DNA from: Chloropicon primus
Lineage: Eukaryota
Direction: 5' to 3'
Assembly: GCA_023205875.1 (NCBI GenBank)
Contig: CP060757.1
Span: forward strand, 1,302,001-1,366,000
DNA length: 64,000 nt
The notes under the pieces were generated by a model, which saw only the letters and a list, made by a program, of their open reading frames with translations, made no database searches and had not been told where the DNA came from. The translations under genes and the position numbers were made by a program. Below, one piece after another: positions 19,707-29,438 of this stretch (within the stretch, counting starts at the first letter, position 1; each line of letters opens with the position of its first letter).

Positions 19707-21273
19707 TCAGCTGAAGAAGCTGAAGAAGCCGCCCCCTCCACCGCTGTTGCTGCTGCTCCCGCTCGCCTTTCCTTCTTCCTTCTCCTTCTCCTTCTCCTGC
19801 TTCTCCCTCTGGAACTTTTCCTCCCTCACAAGCTTCTCCTGCTTGTCCTTGAACGACAGGGCCTGGTAGAGTTGGTCCCTGGCGTTCATGCATTTGTCCA
19901 TGTGCTTCATCTCCGCATTGAACCTCAGTTGCGCGAGCTGCCACGTCTTCTTCGTCTGGTAGTAAGCTTGCTCGAACTTGGCGACGATGGCCCTCCTTTT
20001 CATGAGGTTCTCCTCGATGATCTTGATCCTGCTGAAAAAGTCCGCGTAGTCGGTCTGGCGGATGGCCTCGATGGTATACGACGACGACTTGATGAAGTTG
20101 TCGCCGTACACGGCGAAGATCATCTCGCCCGGATGGACCTGGCACGTGCCCCTGGGCTGGCACCTGTCCATTCTCCTGAAAAGCACCGACTCGGGGTCCT
20201 CCGCTTGGACCATCACGCTGGGCTCCGGGCCCATGTTGTAGGTGGGGAAGTCCAAGAAGAAAATCCCTGCAAAGTGGTTCTTCTTCCCGAACTCCGTCTT
20301 CAGGGAGTCCTCCTGGATCTTGATGTCCATGATCTCCCTGTTCTTGTGCTCAAACTTCTCCAGCAGAAGTAGCTTGAACTTGGAGCCTGGACTCTTCACG
20401 TGGACGCCAAAACCGGCGTCTATGTCCTCCTGTGCAACGACGACGCGAGCGGCGAACGATACGAGAGTCAGTCGCGGCGCGCGAAAGATTCCGCCTTCTC
20501 CTGATTCTCCCTCTTACCTGGGTCACGACGAGCTTGAAGTAGTTGGCTCCCTGCTTCTTCACGGTCTTGCTGATGGGTTCGCCGAACTTGAGCTCCCTCA
20601 GCTTTTTGAACTCCCCATTCTCCATCTCGTCCAGAACGCTCTGAGAGACCTTGCTCTTGATATCCGCGACGCCAAGCTTGGTGAACATGGAAGCAAACAC
20701 GTTGCCCATCGTGCCGAGGTTGGAAGTGTCGACCTCAAACTTCATCATATCCGACTCCTCGAGGCCCGCGTAGCCCTGCATGTCATACTTCCTCCTCTTG
20801 CCCGGGTCGCTTCACGCGCGCGCGCGAGGGCAGAGAGGAGAAGGCGCGGGGGAAAGCGCATCGTTAGCCTCGGGGTCTCTGCGCAAAGAGGCGCGCCAAG
20901 CCCAGGCGGGTGCGGGTCGTCACATGCTTATATATGGACTCTTTACTCACCTGATGATTCCATAGGCCACGGTGATTTCCTTGAACTTCTCCTCGGCCAA
21001 TTCCTCCTGGTGCCTGTTCTTGTCCGGGTGCCACTTTATCGCTTCCTTCTTGTAAGCGGACCTTATCTCGGCGTCGGTCGCGTTTCGGGGTACTCCGAGC
21101 ACGTCGTACAAGTCCGGTTTCTCCTCCTTGGCTTCCGACGGCATGCCTGCCAACCTCGCAGCCTCTTGCTTCTCAAACTCCGCCTCCGCCTTGAGGTCCT
21201 CCGCCCCGACCTCCTCCAGGTCGGGGAGGTCCTCCAGCACCTGGCCCCTCAACCCTCCGTCGTCAACCGGCAT
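19707..21273 (-). CDS. DnaJ chaperone, ARG1/ARL-like; exons 21273-20951, 20809-20518, 20429-19707
   Basis: J domain (HPDKN), then LGTMGNVFASMFTKLG, SKFKLL, IQEDS, FAVYGDNF and a C-terminal coiled coil; splice sites keep the frame. Confidence 0.88.
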
Positions 21274-21607
21274 CGTCCCCCCTCTTGTCTGTTGTCCGAA
21301 GTCAATTTGACCCCCGTGTTGACACCTTAAAGTCTTATCCCCTGAACGGACGACTACCCGGGGTTTGCACTCGTTTCTAAACCCGGAGGGGGGGCAGGGG
21401 ACGCACTCACTCGCGTACGTAGTGTTCCAAAGATGTCCCCTTTGCGTCCCGTCCCGTCCCTCCTCACCCCTGCCTTGGTGCGGTGTGGTCTTTCCTCTCT
21501 CTTCTCCTCTCCCTGTCCATGGGTTCCCAACCCCAGCAGGCGCGGCACGAGGCAAAGCAAGGCGGCGGTGGGGGGTAACGCCTCCGTGGGGTGTGTGAGT
21601 TGTGACG

Positions 21608-22696
21608 ATGAGGTGGGGGCTGAGGGGCGTGTTCGGGGGCTGCGGGGGGAGGGCCAGGAGGGAGAAGGGAAAGGCAGGAGGGGGGAGGGTAAGGGAGACG
21701 AGTGGTGGGGAGGAACCCCTGCTCGGGGGGAGCGGGTATGTAGAGGTGAGCGCCAAGGGGAGCCTGCTCATCGACGGGGGCTCCCTCGAGATGGGGAGGG
21801 AGGCCATCGGGGCGCTCCGCAGGACGCTCGAGGGGGCCCGCGAGGACCTCTCGAGGGCGGAGGACCACCACGCGGACGAAATTCACGAGCGGGAGAAGGC
21901 CCACGACTCGGTGAGCGAGCGTTACGCCGAGAGGGATCGGGTCCTCAAGGAGGTCCTGGACCTGAGCCGAGAGATCGAGGGCGTGAAGCATCGGACGGAC
22001 GACCTGCGGGCGGCCATGGAGAGCGAGAGGGACACCCAAGCGAGGCTTGAGATCGAAGCGAAGCAGCAGCTGGAGAGGGGAGCGGAGCGAGACTCTCTGC
22101 GGCGGAGGAACCAGGAGCTGGACGAGGAGATCCGCCGGGCTCAGGAGATCCTGAGGACGGAGCGGGACGCGAGGACCAAGGCCCAGGCCCAGGCGAACGC
22201 GGACATCCAGCAGGCGACCGCGCCGCTGCGGCAGAGGGAGGAGAATTGCCAGGCGGACATCACCGAGGCCGACAAGGCCATCAAGAGACGAAAGGACGAG
22301 CAGGAGCACCTCCGGACCAAGATCAGCAGCCTGAACGTCGCCCTAGAGCAAGCAGAGTCCGACGTCTCGAGCCTGCTCCAGAGCAGGAGGGACAAGATGG
22401 ACAGACTCCACGACCAGCTCATCAAGTGCACGGACTCGCCCATGAAGGCGGAGTACAGGCGGGCGTCCCAGCGGCTCCAGAAGGAGAAGGAGGACGCGGA
22501 GGTGCTCAAGCTCCAGGCGAACATCCTGGCGGAGCAGCACAAGATGCAGGAGGAGCGCCTGCTCACCCTCCGGGAGAAGAAATCTGGCTGGGAGGAGGAG
22601 GAGAGGAGCCTCAAGGCGAAAATCGAGGAGCACAACGCCACGAGTAAAACCACGCTCCTCAGGAAAACGTCGAGGAAGCTTTTCGGCGAAGCGTAG
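21608..22696 (+). CDS. Uncharacterised coiled-coil protein
   Basis: Long heptad-rich E/R/Q/K ORF with host-like codon bias; start uncertain. Confidence 0.75.
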   Translation: MRWGLRGVFGGCGGRARREKGKAGGGRVRETSGGEEPLLGGSGYVEVSAKGSLLIDGGSLEMGREAIGALRRTLEGAREDLSRAEDHHADEIHEREKAHDSVSERYAERDRVLKEVLDLSREIEGVKHRTDDLRAAMESERDTQARLEIEAKQQLERGAERDSLRRRNQELDEEIRRAQEILRTERDARTKAQAQANADIQQATAPLRQREENCQADITEADKAIKRRKDEQEHLRTKISSLNVALEQAESDVSSLLQSRRDKMDRLHDQLIKCTDSPMKAEYRRASQRLQKEKEDAEVLKLQANILAEQHKMQEERLLTLREKKSGWEEEERSLKAKIEEHNATSKTTLLRKTSRKLFGEA

Positions 22697-22833
22697 CGCT
22701 GCGGCAACGACACGACTCCCTTCTCAAGCCCGGACACTGTGATATAATGGAATAATATATCAATCCGCGTTGCATGTTGTTATAGCAGTCGTAACGGCGG
22801 GGCCCTTCTGCCTGACAAGAGAGCGCGGAGGCG

Positions 22834-24235
22834 ATGGAGGTGGAGGCGGCCAGGAAGGAGAGAGGCAAGTGGTGGTTGTGGGGGAGGGGAGCAAGCGCGA
22901 GAAAGTACGCGGACCTCGAGGAAGGCCCGAGCGCCACGAACTCCAAAAGGGGAGCGAGCGCGAGAAAGTATGCGGACCTCGAGGAAGGCCCGAACGCCAC
23001 GAACCCCCAAAAGGGGTCAGACCAGGAGCCGACCAAGCGGAGGTGTTACGCTTGCGGTGCCCTGGCGCTCCTCGTCGTCGTCGTGGGAGTGGCCTGCGGG
23101 TTTGGCTTCGGGTTCGCGAGGCTCTCGTCTGGGAAGGGGGACGAGACGGCCGCGACGATCGACGGGCGGCTGAACTTTGAGTCGGTGTTCGGGTCGAACT
23201 GGATTCGCCGGGACAGCGGCGACGAGGTGACTTTCCTCGTCGTGGGGGACTGGGGGCGCGATGGCTTGGACGGGCAACGCGCCGTGGCGCGGGGGATGGC
23301 GTCCCTCGCGGACGAATTGAGGCCGGACTTTGTCATCTCCACGGGTGACAACTTTTACATCGGGGGGCTGGCGTCTCCGAGCGATTCTCAGTTCGAAACG
23401 TCGTTTGTTGATGTGTACAATGCTGGCTCGCTACAGGTCCCTTGGTTAACCGTGCTGGGGAACCACGACTACGGCGACAGTGGAGGGTGTGGTACGGCAG
23501 ATCTGAACGATGACGCCTGCCTTCCAGCCTCCAAGCGCTCAAGCCGATCGCCTCTCCATCAGCTTGAGCCCAGTCTCAGGGAAAGGGACTGGCGGTGGTT
23601 CTGCGATCGGTATTACACCTACGCGCCGAGCAAAGACGTGGAGCTCTTCTTTCTCGATACCAATCCATTCATCAAGGAGTACTACAATTACAGCTGGGCG
23701 CACGACATCCCAGGGGGGCTGTCGGCGCAAAACGCCGAGGGGCAGAAGAAATTTTTGGAGAGGGCGCTGGAATCCAGCGAGGCGGCGTACAAGATCGTCG
23801 TCGGCCACCACCCATTCTTCTCCAATGGGTACAGGGGCGGGGAAACGGACCTCCAGGACGCGCTGGGGCCTCTGCTCGAGAGGAACAACGTATCCATGTA
23901 CCTGAACGGTCACGACCACGACATGCAGCACGTGGTCGGAAAGGTAAGGCGTTTGGCGTTCCCTCTCGCAAAGCGCTGGCGGACTGGATGACTGACAGAC
24001 ACTCTTCCTCACTCTCTGATTTGGATCCCCCCAAACACAGTCTGCGACCACCCAATTCTTCACGAGCGGCGCTGGAAGCAGGACGGGCAGGGGCTTCACC
24101 GTGGGAGAGAACAGCATGTTCGAGTCGGACGAGCCGGGGTTCCTCTCCGCGAGGGTGCACCCCGAGAACGGCGCTCGGCTTAGCTTTCACGATGCCCAAG
24201 GCGATGTGATCTATACATGGAGCTCAGCGGGTTAA
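22834..24235 (+). CDS. Purple acid phosphatase (small TRAP/PAP type, type II membrane anchor); exons 22834-23943, 24041-24235
   Basis: GDWG, GDNFY, GNHDY, GHH, GHDH, and FFTSGAGS after splicing; N-terminal TM. Confidence 0.93.
22885..23010 (+). repeat. 63-bp in-frame tandem duplication (2 copies) in the PAP N-terminal tail
   Basis: RGASARKYADLEEGPSATNSK / RGASARKYADLEEGPNATNPQ. Confidence 0.92.
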
Positions 24236-24420
24236 AGAAATCCGAAGAGACCATGAAAACGACCAATGACAATTTTTTTCTTCCGCGCCATTTAAACTTG
24301 CTGACAGCTCCCAGGCAGGAGGAGGGGGAGGCAGGGAGGTGCGGGGGAGGAGAAGGAGGACCGGGGACGCGAGGGTGGGAGCAAGAAGGCTTCGGAGGAA
24401 GGAGGGCGAGGAGTTCCGCA

Positions 24421-25923
24421 ATGCAGTGCAAGATATGCCTCGAGGCCGCGGAGAACACCCGCGTCACGAAATGTGGGCACACGTTCTGCGAGGAGTGTTT
24501 GAGCCTGTGGTGGCTGAACGAAAAGGCGCAGAACAAGCAACAGACGTGCCCAACGTGCAGGCGTTGTCTATCGAACGAGGCGGACGTCTTCGCGGTGTAC
24601 GACGATCGGGGGAGCGACAGAGGGAAGGGGTCGGTCGCCAAGGAGGCCAGGGATCTCAGCGGCGGCTCCGTGTGTCACTACTTGAGTGATATTGCGAACC
24701 AATTCAAGTTTTTGGAGAGGGAGAACTCCGTCCTCCACGCAAGGTGTGCAGCTTTGACAGCAGAGATATCCCTGCTGAGGGCGCTGCGCGGGCCCTCCGG
24801 GGAGGGCGAAGCGGGGGAGGACGACCAGTGCGGCGCGAGGGATGGAACCACGAAGAACGGGGGCGACAGCGTGGGGGAGGGGAAGGGCACCAGCAAGGAG
24901 AACGAGGACCCCAAAGCTAAAAGCGCCTTGCCGGCTGTGGGGCTGCCTGGCGTAGAGACAGCGAGCAAGGCGAAGGCCCTGAAGGACCTCAAGGCGACGA
25001 GGGTGTACCGGAGCCACCAAGGACCGGTGCATGGCATCCATGTGTCCGGGGAGGGTCACTTCGTGGCCACCGCGTCTTGGGATTGTACTTGCAAGATTCA
25101 CAAGATCCATAGGATGAAGGGGGAGGACGATGGAAGTGGGAAAGTCTCCTGTGTTTCGCTCAAGCACGACCAGGGTCTGTACCAGACGCAATTCCATCCG
25201 AGATCGGAAGCCATTCTTGCCACCGCGAGCGGGAGCCTTGTAAACTTGTGGGACCTCAAGACCAGGAGGAGGACCCGGGCGTTCGACAGCCACGGCGACG
25301 ACGTTCACGACGTGGATTTTTCTGCGGACGGGCAGAGAATCTGCTCGGCTTCCGCGGACCGCACCTTGATGACGTGGGACATTGAGCACGGGAAGCAGAT
25401 CTCTCACCTGTTTGGGCACGAGAGCGAGGTCTATGGATGCCGCTACATTTCCAATGGCGCCCTGGCCAGCTGCGGCTTCGACTCGTCGGTGCGAGTCTTC
25501 GACCCCCGCTCGGGAAAGCAGGTCCAAAACCTGCTTGGCCACGAGGGTTGCGTGATAGGGGTCGACGTCGGACCGAACATCATAGCGTCCGGCTCGGACG
25601 ACCGAACGTGCCGGCTCTGGGACCTAAGGACCTGGAAGCCACTCGCGATCCTACATCACCACGCAGGCGAGGTCAAGAGGGTTGCCTTTTCGAACAACTA
25701 CCAATTCCTCGCCACCGCGAGCGGCGACAGAAGCATCCGGGTGTACGACACCGCCAGCTTGCACTGCGTGAGGATCCTCTCTGGGCACAGCGACCACGTG
25801 TTCTCGTGCTCTTGGATGCCGGGCGACGATGAGATCGTCACTGCATCGCACGATTGCAGCTGGCGGCTGTTTCAGCTGAAGGAGGCAAAGGATGATGGAA
25901 GGGGTCGAAACGTAACGGAATAA
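24421..25923 (+). CDS. RING (C3HC4)-coiled coil-WD40 protein, probable E3 ligase
   Basis: CKIC...CGHTFCEEC...CPTC, a short coiled coil, then about 7 GH...WD repeats. Confidence 0.88.
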   Translation: MQCKICLEAAENTRVTKCGHTFCEECLSLWWLNEKAQNKQQTCPTCRRCLSNEADVFAVYDDRGSDRGKGSVAKEARDLSGGSVCHYLSDIANQFKFLERENSVLHARCAALTAEISLLRALRGPSGEGEAGEDDQCGARDGTTKNGGDSVGEGKGTSKENEDPKAKSALPAVGLPGVETASKAKALKDLKATRVYRSHQGPVHGIHVSGEGHFVATASWDCTCKIHKIHRMKGEDDGSGKVSCVSLKHDQGLYQTQFHPRSEAILATASGSLVNLWDLKTRRRTRAFDSHGDDVHDVDFSADGQRICSASADRTLMTWDIEHGKQISHLFGHESEVYGCRYISNGALASCGFDSSVRVFDPRSGKQVQNLLGHEGCVIGVDVGPNIIASGSDDRTCRLWDLRTWKPLAILHHHAGEVKRVAFSNNYQFLATASGDRSIRVYDTASLHCVRILSGHSDHVFSCSWMPGDDEIVTASHDCSWRLFQLKEAKDDGRGRNVTE

Positions 25924-25982
25924 AGTTACAATTGATGTGGGCTATTAAAGTTAATGTATAGTAGTACACGGTTACGCGCAGC

Positions 25983-26303
25983 TTATCCTTCCACGGACGC
26001 GCCGAGGCCCCCCACCGGAACGATGCCTGGAGGAGTCTGAGTCTCCAGGAGAAGCCTCCTTCCGGCGGGAGGACGAAGGGGACCGTGGCACACCACCGTG
26101 CCCCCAGGTCCAACGACGCAGTCGTCGTTGCTGCCCACCAGCGAGGGCGCCATCAGATCCTGAAGCCATGGCCCCTCGTAGTTCTCAGGGCCCTCTGCCA
26201 AGAACTTCCTGTAATAATTCTCCGCCTCTGTCGGGGTTATCTCCGCCGCTGCGCTCGAGAAGAGCAGGAGCAGGACGAAAACTGCACTCATCATGCGAAC
26301 CAT
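25983..26303 (-). CDS. Small secreted protein / candidate propeptide
   Basis: Signal peptide (VFVLLLLFSSAAA), a Cys pair, RRLL motif and C-terminal Gly; fills the gap between two genes. Confidence 0.68.
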   Translation of the reverse strand: MVRMMSAVFVLLLLFSSAAAEITPTEAENYYRKFLAEGPENYEGPWLQDLMAPSLVGSNDDCVVGPGGTVVCHGPLRPPAGRRLLLETQTPPGIVPVGGLGASVEG

Positions 26304-26537
26304 CGTGCCTTTTGGTGTCTCTTATCTCGCAGTCGCCGCCAGTCGCTCAACGCGTTTGTGCGCAGAGGCCGGTGTCTGGGCACCAAGAACCTGGCCCATT
26401 GTAGTCACGAGCCGTGACCCGAGCCGGTCCTTCATCCCAAGGACAAGAACACAAATGGAAGAAATATATAGCAAAGCAATTGGCTTGCTTGGAATGAATC
26501 TAGTACACTCTACATTACTTCAAACACTGCGTGGTGC

Positions 26538-28973
26538 TTAATCGACTCCGTCCGTCTCCATCGGCGACTCCTCCTTCTTCTCCTCCTTGTCCTCCTCCAT
26601 CGGAGAGGCCTCCTTGCTCTCCTCCTCCTTCTTCTTCTCCTCCTTCGGTGGGGCTGGGGCAGGCTTGGACATGATCGGCTCGCAGACCCTCTGGATGACC
26701 TCCTTCTTCTTGATGATATCAAAAGACATGATGATCGGCGACACGGTCTTTGGCGTGTTGTCCTGCATCGCAATCTTCTCGCTCAGCCAGGTCATGGCAG
26801 TTTGGCACTCTTTCAGGACCCTTCCCTTCTCCTCTGCCGTGATGTGGCTGTACTTGGCGTCTTCCGACGTGGCAAGCTGCGTGAACATGTTGCACGTCTC
26901 GACGAGGCCCTGGGCCGCCGGCCCCCTCTTCTCGTTCTCCATGTGCCTCTCCTCGATGGGGTCTCCGATGCCTCTCAGGAAGTCCGTCTTTTTCACATAC
27001 ACCTCGCGGGCCTCGTCCTCGCCCTCGTCATACATCCAGTCCTCGGTCTCGTCAAGGGTTTTGCTAAACTTCGACCTGTCGTCCTCGGTCACGTAGTCGT
27101 TCCAAGAATCGTATAACTTACTCCTCGCGGAGAGGATGTAGCCCTCCAAGTTGTTCCTGGCCTCCTTGGTGAGCTCCTCCTGCAAGTCCGCCTGCTTCAT
27201 CTCCACCTCCTTCGACATGAACATCTTCACGTCCGCGGTAGCCATGCGCAGCGTCTTCGTGGACTTGAAGGGCACGTTGACCTTGAGAGTCCGCTTGCGA
27301 AGCTCCTTCTTTGGCTCGGGGGCGGGCTCCTCCTCCTTTGGAGCCTCCTCCTTTGGAGCCTCCTCCTTCGGAGCCTCCTTGCTCGCGTCCTCGGCGTCCT
27401 TCATCTCCTCGTCCTCCGCTGGGGTCTCTGGCTTCGCGGCAGGCTTCTCCGGGATCACCTCGACCTCGTACTCCTCCTCCTCGATGGAGTGAACAGACTC
27501 GACCTCAACAGTCCCGTGCAAGTTGAGCCTCACCTGGACCTTCAGCTTCGTCTTTCCGTCTCCCTTTGCGGGCTTGATCGGGCCGACGTCGTACTGGCCG
27601 ATCAGCCTGTCCATGCCACCGGGCAAGTTGGCGGCGTCCGAGTAGCTCGCTTGCAGCGAGAAGGCCTCGTTTCTGAGGAAGGTCAGCATCTTGATGCTTG
27701 GCACCGTGTTTCCCTTTGGGAAGAGGGCGGAGGAAACCACCTCCTCGGACGCCTCCTTCTTCCAGGAGAAGTTGATGTCGTACGGACAGTAGTCCTGAAT
27801 GTCGTAGTCCCTCACCCTGAAGACCGGGCTCAGCATGGCGCACTGGAGGGCGCAGCCCTTGGAGACGCACTCCGACACGTTCAGGTTCCTGCTGATCTCC
27901 CTGCCGAAGAACTCGGAGATCTTGCTGGCGACGATAGGGATTCTCGAGGCCGCTCCCACCAGCTCGATGTGGGTGACGTCACCCACCGCCAGGCCCGCGT
28001 CCTCGACCGCCTTCTGGCACGGCTCGATAACCTTGGCGATGAACGCCTCGGACAGGTGCTCGAACTCCTCCCTGGTGATGGAGCCCCTCACGTCCTGGTC
28101 ATCCATGATGCACTCCAAAGCAAAGGAGGCCGACGAGTTCGCGCTCAAGATCTTCTTCACCTTGACGAGCTCCTTCCTGAGCCTCAGGGAGGCCCTGGCG
28201 TTGGACCTGATGTCGAGCTTCTTCGTCTCCAAGAACTGCTTGGTGAAGTGGTCGAAAAGGATGTTGTCAAAGGTTCTCCCCCCGAGTTCCCTGTCGAAGG
28301 CCTGGGACAGCACGTTCATCTTCCCCTTGGTGAAGGCGGTGATTGACACCTGGAGCGAGGCGTGGCCCACGTCCACGAAGGCGACGTTCAGGGCGTCCGT
28401 CTCGTGGAGATCAGTCTTGTAAATCCCGAAAGCAAGGGCGGTCGCCGTGGTGTCGGGGATGAGCCTCAAGCACTTGAGGCCGGCAATATCGATGGCGTCC
28501 AGCATGGCGCTCCTCTCGCTCTCCGCGTAGTAGTTCGGGATCGAGACCACGCAGTCCTTGACCTTCTCCCCGTTCATCTCGCCCTCGGCTATCGTCACGA
28601 GGTCCGTCAGCACCATGGCCATCAAGCGCTCGGGCGTGAGCTCCACCTTCTCGTTCAGGTACATGACCTCCACGAGGCAGCCCCCGTCGGCCCCCTCCTT
28701 GACCTTGAACGGCAGGTACGGGATCTCGTTCTGGACGCCCTGCTCCTTGAACTTCTTCCCCAACAGCTGCTTTATTCCGAACACGGTGTTCTTGGGGTTC
28801 ATGGACTGGGCGGAAGACCCGTCCGTTCCTATCGCGCGCTGCTTGGTCCCGAAAGACACCATGGACGGCGTCTCCCTCTTGCTCTCCTTGTTCAGCAGCA
28901 CGTCCACCCCGTTCCTCCTCGCCACCGCCACGCACGACTTGAAGTCACCCACATCAAACCCAACCACACTCAT
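26538..28973 (-). CDS. Hsp110/SSE-type Hsp70 nucleotide exchange factor (Hsp70-14/15-like)
   Basis: MSVVGFDVG, NKESKRETP, GCALQCAMLSP, acidic loop, C-terminal METDGVD. Confidence 0.96.
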   Translation of the reverse strand: MSVVGFDVGDFKSCVAVARRNGVDVLLNKESKRETPSMVSFGTKQRAIGTDGSSAQSMNPKNTVFGIKQLLGKKFKEQGVQNEIPYLPFKVKEGADGGCLVEVMYLNEKVELTPERLMAMVLTDLVTIAEGEMNGEKVKDCVVSIPNYYAESERSAMLDAIDIAGLKCLRLIPDTTATALAFGIYKTDLHETDALNVAFVDVGHASLQVSITAFTKGKMNVLSQAFDRELGGRTFDNILFDHFTKQFLETKKLDIRSNARASLRLRKELVKVKKILSANSSASFALECIMDDQDVRGSITREEFEHLSEAFIAKVIEPCQKAVEDAGLAVGDVTHIELVGAASRIPIVASKISEFFGREISRNLNVSECVSKGCALQCAMLSPVFRVRDYDIQDYCPYDINFSWKKEASEEVVSSALFPKGNTVPSIKMLTFLRNEAFSLQASYSDAANLPGGMDRLIGQYDVGPIKPAKGDGKTKLKVQVRLNLHGTVEVESVHSIEEEEYEVEVIPEKPAAKPETPAEDEEMKDAEDASKEAPKEEAPKEEAPKEEEPAPEPKKELRKRTLKVNVPFKSTKTLRMATADVKMFMSKEVEMKQADLQEELTKEARNNLEGYILSARSKLYDSWNDYVTEDDRSKFSKTLDETEDWMYDEGEDEAREVYVKKTDFLRGIGDPIEERHMENEKRGPAAQGLVETCNMFTQLATSEDAKYSHITAEEKGRVLKECQTAMTWLSEKIAMQDNTPKTVSPIIMSFDIIKKKEVIQRVCEPIMSKPAPAPPKEEKKKEEESKEASPMEEDKEEKKEESPMETDGVD

Positions 28974-29438
28974 GATCGATTCCCGTTTTTTCTTCGATCC
29001 GACGACGATCCCACCCGATCGATAGATATATCTCACAAGTTGTCTCTCTCCTCCACTCGACTGGAGTCTCTCTCCCTCCGGTCCTCCCTCTCCTTCACCT
29101 CAACCTCTCTCAAGACGACGAGAGTCCCCGCTCGTCCTCGTCCTCGTCTCCTTCTCTCCTCTCTCGCTCTCTCTCTCTCTCTCCTTGTTGGCTTGACGGC
29201 TCCTCCTGTGGAGATCGGCTGCTTCTGGAGACCGCGACGACGTGGGGGAGGCGGCGCGAACAAGAAGAAGAGCAGGCAGAGGAGAGGAGAGGAAGAGGAA
29301 AGGAGAAACTGCGTGCGTGCCGGGGATGGAAGGAGAGGGGAGGGGAAAGGAAGGAGGGAGGGAAGGGGGGAGGGGAAACGGAAGAGGAGGGGGTGACCGG
29401 TGACTGAAGGTTTTTCGAACGGAAGCGAAGGGAGGACC

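Noticed and set aside
22885..23010. CRISPR-like reading of the tandem repeats (also 42276, 51254)
   Set aside because: No unique spacers, no cas genes; eukaryotic coding or intronic repeats.
865..24235. Phosphate gene cluster (SPX-MFS + PAP) or APC/C cluster (APC11 + CDC27)
   Set aside because: 20-34 kb apart with many unrelated genes between them; compatible with chance.
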